Assembly (NCBI RefSeq): GCF_004010195.1
Contig: NC_057718.1
Location: 52,242,238 to 52,268,700, forward strand
Length of the DNA: 26,463 nucleotides
From: Chiloscyllium plagiosum
Taxonomy: Eukaryota
Direction of reading: 5' to 3'
In this document: positions 21,596 to 26,463 of the stretch, piece by piece
How positions within the stretch are numbered: the stretch's first letter is position 1
Layout: the number at the start of each line of letters is the position of its first letter
Made by a program: the position numbers and the translations under genes
The notes under the pieces: generated by a model
The model's database searches: none
What the model saw: the letters and a program-made list of their open reading frames with translations, nothing else
What the model was told of the DNA's origin: nothing

Positions 21596-22884
21596 CAACA
21601 TTCAGATGTCTCACCTTATTATTCAAACAGTTATCAGACAATTTCATTGAAAATTGGCTAACAATCTATTAATCTGTCTCAAGATTCTATGTTGTTGAAA
21701 ATTCCTAGAAACAATCTTAACTGCAGTAATTAGTTCCACAAATTCCCTGGAAACTGAAGTGTAAATTATATATCTATTTCACATTTACAATGACAGAAGA
21801 AAGATCTTCAGGAAAGAACAGCCTCTAGTTTCTGTAAATACACATCATGCTTTGGACAATATAGTAGGACGAGTGACAGTAGTCACACGAAGCAAGCCCA
21901 TAGTTGCTATGTATTTTTATTCTGACAACAGAGAGTGGTGTGATTCATCATTAGAGCACACACAAAGCAGTTGATAGGAATCTACGGTCACTTTACGTCA
22001 AGTTCCATTTTATTTTTCATTGAAAGCAATAGAAAATGAAAATCAGGCAGCGAATGGAACAATAATATCAAATGCATTCAATAAGTCTCGACATGAGGTA
22101 AAATGCTGTGCAGTCTCTTTCACAAACAGACTTGATGTTTAAGGTGAGGAGGGTGATCAGGATTTGTGAAAGGAAAGCATGATTGCAGAGGGAGAAGCCA
22201 ACATTTCCAAAATTGTATAGGTCAAGCTGAGTTGATTAGCATCAGCTGATTCTAACACTTTACTCCCTTTCCTGTTTAGCAATGAGCCAGATCAGCAGGT
22301 TAGAGTGTGAACAAAACAAGCATTGGGAGGCCACAGCCATTGATCATTCCAACAATCCCGGGAACTGGGAAATGCCATGTGCAAAAGAGTGGTGAGGGAG
22401 TTGGGGGAATTTAGATTGGCAATTGGGAGGGAGGGAAGGATCGGTCATAGGGCAGAAAGCTTGGGAGTAAGCAGAAAGGGGCATGGAAGGACGTGGGAGT
22501 CAGTTGACCACAACAGGTTTACTCTGAAGGGGAACTCTTGTTTTCTTTGGCTGATAGTGCATGCTTTAACAAAATTACCTGCTTGATCCACCAAATCCTA
22601 CTTTCATTGAACCACCAGGTTTCCTGAATTTTGAAAAAAAAACACCATGCAGGTGACCTATTTAAGTTAGGCTGTCAATTGCAACATGATCTCCTGCTAA
22701 AATATTAATATTACCCAGCCAAGATGGGACACACATACACCTCTCAAATCATGACCAAAATGTCTGGGCATTTAGACAATCGGTTGAACTTTGTAATTTA
22801 TTAAAATAAGCCCTTCCCCAATTATGTCATGAGGAATTAATATCAACACCACAAAGAAAATTTCACAGAAAAAGCAAACACATT

Positions 22885-23035
22885 GAACCACAAGATGGAG
22901 GAGAAAATGTAGGCTCTTCTGCCCATTAAGCCTGTTCTGCCATTCAATGAGATCATGACTGATCTGACAGTTTTCAATTCACTTTCCTGCTGTTTCTCCA
23001 TAATCCTCGATTTATCAATTAAAAATCTGGCTCAG
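22885..23035 (-). mobile_element. CR1 3' tail fragment
   Basis: gcctgttctgccattcaatgagatcatgactgatctg is the reverse complement of the tail type at 12778-12860 (cagatcaattattgatctcattgaacagcacagaa). Confidence 0.75.
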
Positions 23036-25019
23036 ATTGCCATTTAATATTTGTATTTTACATGTGGCAGGATTTAAGTAGTTTAGCTAATTGACATCTG
23101 ATTGCACCAAAGGGCTGAAATAAGAACTGTTTTATTTGGGTGAAAATGCAAGGCCAGTTAATAAAATACTTCACCTCAACATGCAATATAATTGATACAA
23201 TTTCTTTTATAGGTTACTCTATGGTAGATGATCCTCTGGCAGACAATACAGTTTATTTTAAAACCACAGATACAAATTACTTGTGTATGAGAAAAAACAG
23301 AAACATCTACTTGCGAGTTTACAAGTAGAAAAAGAAACTTGGGAGACTGTAAATTACCCACTGCAAACAAAACTTGTTCAAAGAGATCCAAACTCATTTT
23401 ATTTTCTCTTCATTTATTTATGATAAGGAATGATTAATGTACTTGTTTGGAAATTGGGTTGGAAAGATTGTGCAAACAGAAGGAAATAGAATATGCTATG
23501 AACTTAATGAAATTGTGAATTACTTAAAATCAGTAAACTCTGTTGAAAAAGGCAAGATTTTACATTGCCACAGACTACCAACAACATTCAAACCTGAATT
23601 AAGGGATGGTCAGAGCAGGTATTAAAAAGAGAATAAGGAGAAGTTCAACAAAAACAAAACCAGTTGAGGAAACAGGATGCACCTCAGGAGTCCTTGCTTG
23701 TTTTCTTAGCATTTATTTACATGTACTTAGATGCTCACAGCATCTGTGCCTCATCTTGCTGCAATTTGTCACCACATTCAGAACTTAGAGGCTCACCGTC
23801 CCTCTGTCTTGCTTTGCTTTTTGGCACAGACATAAAGACAGGCAGCTTGTCATGGTTGTCAGCAGTGATCAGTCAATGAGGTGGATGTGTTGCTATACCA
23901 CACCACGCTACACCAATGTTACACCGACAGCATATGCCAGCAGTTCACACATCAAAGACACTGAATGTGCTGCAACAAAGCTGAAGAGGACTAGGTCCCA
24001 GTAAGTCAAAGAGACTGTCATCAGTCAAATAGTTCTGCCACAGTCAGACAAAACAGCGTCCAATCTCAATCCACAGTCTTGGACACAATTAGTTGAACTC
24101 TTGAGGTGGTCAGGACAAGGGGTTCTATAACACTATAGTCCATTCCCTGAAGGAATGACAGTCCTGCAGGACTCAGTGCAAAGAGGCCAAGAATTAGGTC
24201 AGTTGATACTTGCAAAGAAATCAAGTGGGGGTATCCTTCCAAATTGGTCAGGATGGTCAGTCCTGGTCAGACCTATAGACCTGTTCATTTAAAGTCAAAG
24301 TGGTCATCAGGGTTTACTAATGTAGTAAGGATGTTGGCAAAGTAAATTCTGGGGATTGGAAGCAGCATATTGAGAAGTGGAGGAGACAATAATTGGGCCA
24401 GAAAAACTCAACAAATAAGAGTAGGAGACAATAATGCTTTGGAGGGCAAAGGTCACTGTGGATAGGGGGGAGGGGGAAGTGGTCATCAACAGTTTTCCTG
24501 CCTGGCTTTGAAAGGGAAACAACTATACTTGGCATGGCTAAGCTGTTAGCCCAGTACTCAGAGGGGTATCACTGGGGGATGAAAACTTAATCTTTTTTTA
24601 AAAATGGTGACAATGTGTGGGATTGACAACAAGTGCAAGGGGAAAAGGACCATAAAGGTTTTGGTGGGGGTCATCAAGATTAACAGGCTGAGCTGCAAAA
24701 TACTTATCAAATCACAACCTGTTCTGCATTCCATCCTAATCCAACTTGAAAATGTACCATGGAAATACAAATTGGCTACTGTCACATCTGGAGTGGGCAA
24801 AGCAATTGCTTTTTTCTTGCCTGAGCACATGGTGTTCACTTGTGAGTGGTTTGAGGCCCTTCAATGGGTAAGTACATTAACTGAGCATTTACACAGCACA
24901 GGTTAAAGATGTGAATGTCCACTCATCACAGTGCTGTTCTGTTTCTGTTTCTGATATTACCCACATAGGTTCATTGGAAATGTGACCACTCGATCCAAGC
25001 CCAGCAGGGGTTATCATTG

Positions 25020-25290
25020 CTGTGTATCCAGATGATGAAGGCATGTTGCTGTTGACACAGACTGAGGAAGTCCCAGCAAATTTTCACAGAACAGTGGCAT
25101 CTGCTACAGAAAGACATGTGACCTGAAATGGTAGTTGGCTTTCCCAAGGGACCTTCAAGGTGCCAGCTGCATTTTTTTTTGTATGCCACTGGCTGTTTCC
25201 AAGAATTCGCTGGGGACTTTTGTGTGGGATCACTCAATCCTCAAGGCACAAATGTATCAAGGCTGTATCCAACACAACTTGTGCCAGATC
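25020..25290 (+). mobile_element. PIF/Harbinger DDE transposase relic (N-terminal part)
   Basis: IQMMKACCC*HRLRKSQQIFTEQWHLLQKDM*P, then FLYATGCFQEFAGDFC, then after a frameshift GITQSSRHKCIKAVS. This resembles the HARBI1-type F(Y/F)ATGSFQ...GD..GISQ....CI..V motif. Confidence 0.7.
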
Positions 25291-25444
25291 ACCCCACTTT
25301 ATTGCAATGTTCTGTTCTGAAGCCTAAACAGTCAGCGTTGCAAGCTCACTCATGTGCAAGGCACTTATAAACTGTACACATGTTGTACTATATTATAATA
25401 TGACACACGCCTCTCATACTGTAACATACTGACTTCATCTTCAG

Positions 25445-26463
25445 AAAAGTGCGAGCAGCAGCTAAAGTAAGACAGTTTGTTTTAAAATTACTTACCAGTA
25501 GCGGACAGCGGTGTTTTTTTTCTCTTCACAGAAAGAGCGGGAGCAGCAGGGGGAAGTGACGAAGACCAGAGGGGCCGCCGGGTAGGTTTTTTTCCCCCTT
25601 TAAAAGCGCGCAGGAGAAGAACCTGAGGCACTACAGAGGTAGTGTCTCCCACCCGCCCTCCTCCTCTAACCTAAATAATAAGACCCGTTGTGGTAAGTAG
25701 GTAAGTGCTGCATTTTGCTTGTTGTATTCTTTAGACCCAGTTTTTTTTTTAAAAAAAGGTTACTTTTAGAGGGGTGGCAGTGAAGGCAGTGCAATGTTCC
25801 TCTTGCAACATGTTTGAGGTGAGGGATGCCATGGACGTCCCTGCTGATTACACTTGCAGGAAGTGCACCCATCTCCAGCTCCTCCAAGACCGTGTTAGGG
25901 AACTGGAGCTGGAGTTGGATGAACTTAGGATCATTCGGGAGGCAGAGGGGGTCATAGATCAGAGTTATAGGGAAGTAGTAACTCCAAAGATGGCAGATAG
26001 ATGGGTGACAGTGAGGGGGACTGGGAGGAAGCAACCAGTGCAGGGACCCCCTGCGGCCGTCCCCCTCAAGAACAAGTATACCGTTTCGGATACTTGTGGG
26101 AGGGATGACTTACCAGGGGTAAGTAACGGGCCTCAGGTCTCTGGCACGGAGCCTGTCCCCGTTACTCAGAAGGGAAGGGTGAAGAAGAGCAAAGCAGTAG
26201 TAATTGGGGACTCGATAGTTCGGGGCACAGATAAGCGGTTTTGTGGGAACGAGAGAGACTCACGTTTGGTATGTTGCCTCCCAGGTGCAAGGGTACGTGA
26301 TGTCTCTGATCGTCTTTTCCGGGTCCTTAAGTGGGAGGGAGATCAGCCCGAAGTCGTGGTCCACGTTGGCACCAATGACATAGGTAGGAGGAGCGCTGAG
26401 GATGTAAGGCAGACTTTCAGGGAGCTAGGTTGGAAGCTCAAAGTTAGAACGAACAGAGTTGTT
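25445..26463 (+). mobile_element. Young CR1 LINE, 5' UTR and ORF1 (continues beyond the window)
   Basis: Abrupt shift to GC/CpG-rich sequence near 25445, followed by an uninterrupted ORF1. Exact 5' boundary uncertain. Confidence 0.9.
25774..26463 (+). CDS. CR1 ORF1 protein (CxxC-x16-CxxC zinc finger, coiled coil, SGNH esterase); 3' partial
   Basis: Hand translation, 230 codons with no stop: VAVKAVQCSSCNMFEVRDAMDVPADYTCRKCTHLQLLQDRVRELELELDELRII...AVVIGDSIVRG...CCLPGARVRDV...VVVHVGTNDIG... It begins with GTG and is absent from the ORF track because it runs off the window. Confidence 0.88.
   Translation, partial: MAVKAVQCSSCNMFEVRDAMDVPADYTCRKCTHLQLLQDRVRELELELDELRIIREAEGVIDQSYREVVTPKMADRWVTVRGTGRKQPVQGPPAAVPLKNKYTVSDTCGRDDLPGVSNGPQVSGTEPVPVTQKGRVKKSKAVVIGDSIVRGTDKRFCGNERDSRLVCCLPGARVRDVSDRLFRVLKWEGDQPEVVVHVGTNDIGRRSAEDVRQTFRELGWKLKVRTNRVV

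Noticed and set aside
22002..22060. Imperfect hairpin gttccatt...aatggaac
   Set aside because: AT-rich and short; probably chance or the centre of an old MITE.
23212..23328. Good acceptor (tttcttttatag) followed by GYSMVDDPLADNTVYFKTT...*
   Set aside because: Very AT-rich, no recognisable homology and no linked exons.
24381..24435. 13-bp direct repeat aggagacaataat, 42 nt apart
   Set aside because: Only two copies; a local duplication, not an array or CRISPR.
25666..26034. 122-aa minus-strand ORF
   Set aside because: Antisense shadow of the CR1 ORF1 and 5' UTR.
1..26463. Prokaryotic-type systems (operons, CRISPR arrays, defence islands), rRNA or true tRNA genes
   Set aside because: The sequence is vertebrate repeat-rich DNA. 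There is no repeat-spacer array, and the tRNA-like segments are SINE heads.

Overview
AT-rich vertebrate non-coding DNA, intronic or intergenic. The repeat content points to a cartilaginous fish, most likely a carpet/bamboo shark; this is inferred from recognised repeat families, not from a database search. No host protein-coding gene can be supported. The window is a mosaic of transposon relics: many CR1-clade LINE fragments (one decayed near-full-length copy at ~10.4-12.9 kb, and a young 5' end with an uninterrupted zinc-finger/coiled-coil/SGNH-esterase ORF1 running off the right edge), HE1/V-SINEs, a Deu-type SINE, a solo LTR with nested inserts, a Tigger-like MITE, a Harbinger transposase relic and several Penelope-like (PLE) derivatives. 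The most interesting signal is a set of short, TSD-flanked, partly palindromic PLE-derived elements. Two carry intact minimal type I hammerhead ribozyme motifs (1469-1504 and 9743-9777, both - strand), and four insertions share one ~30-nt terminus, including a GIY-YIG-coding fragment. Almost all ORFs in the supplied track are spurious or TE-derived.
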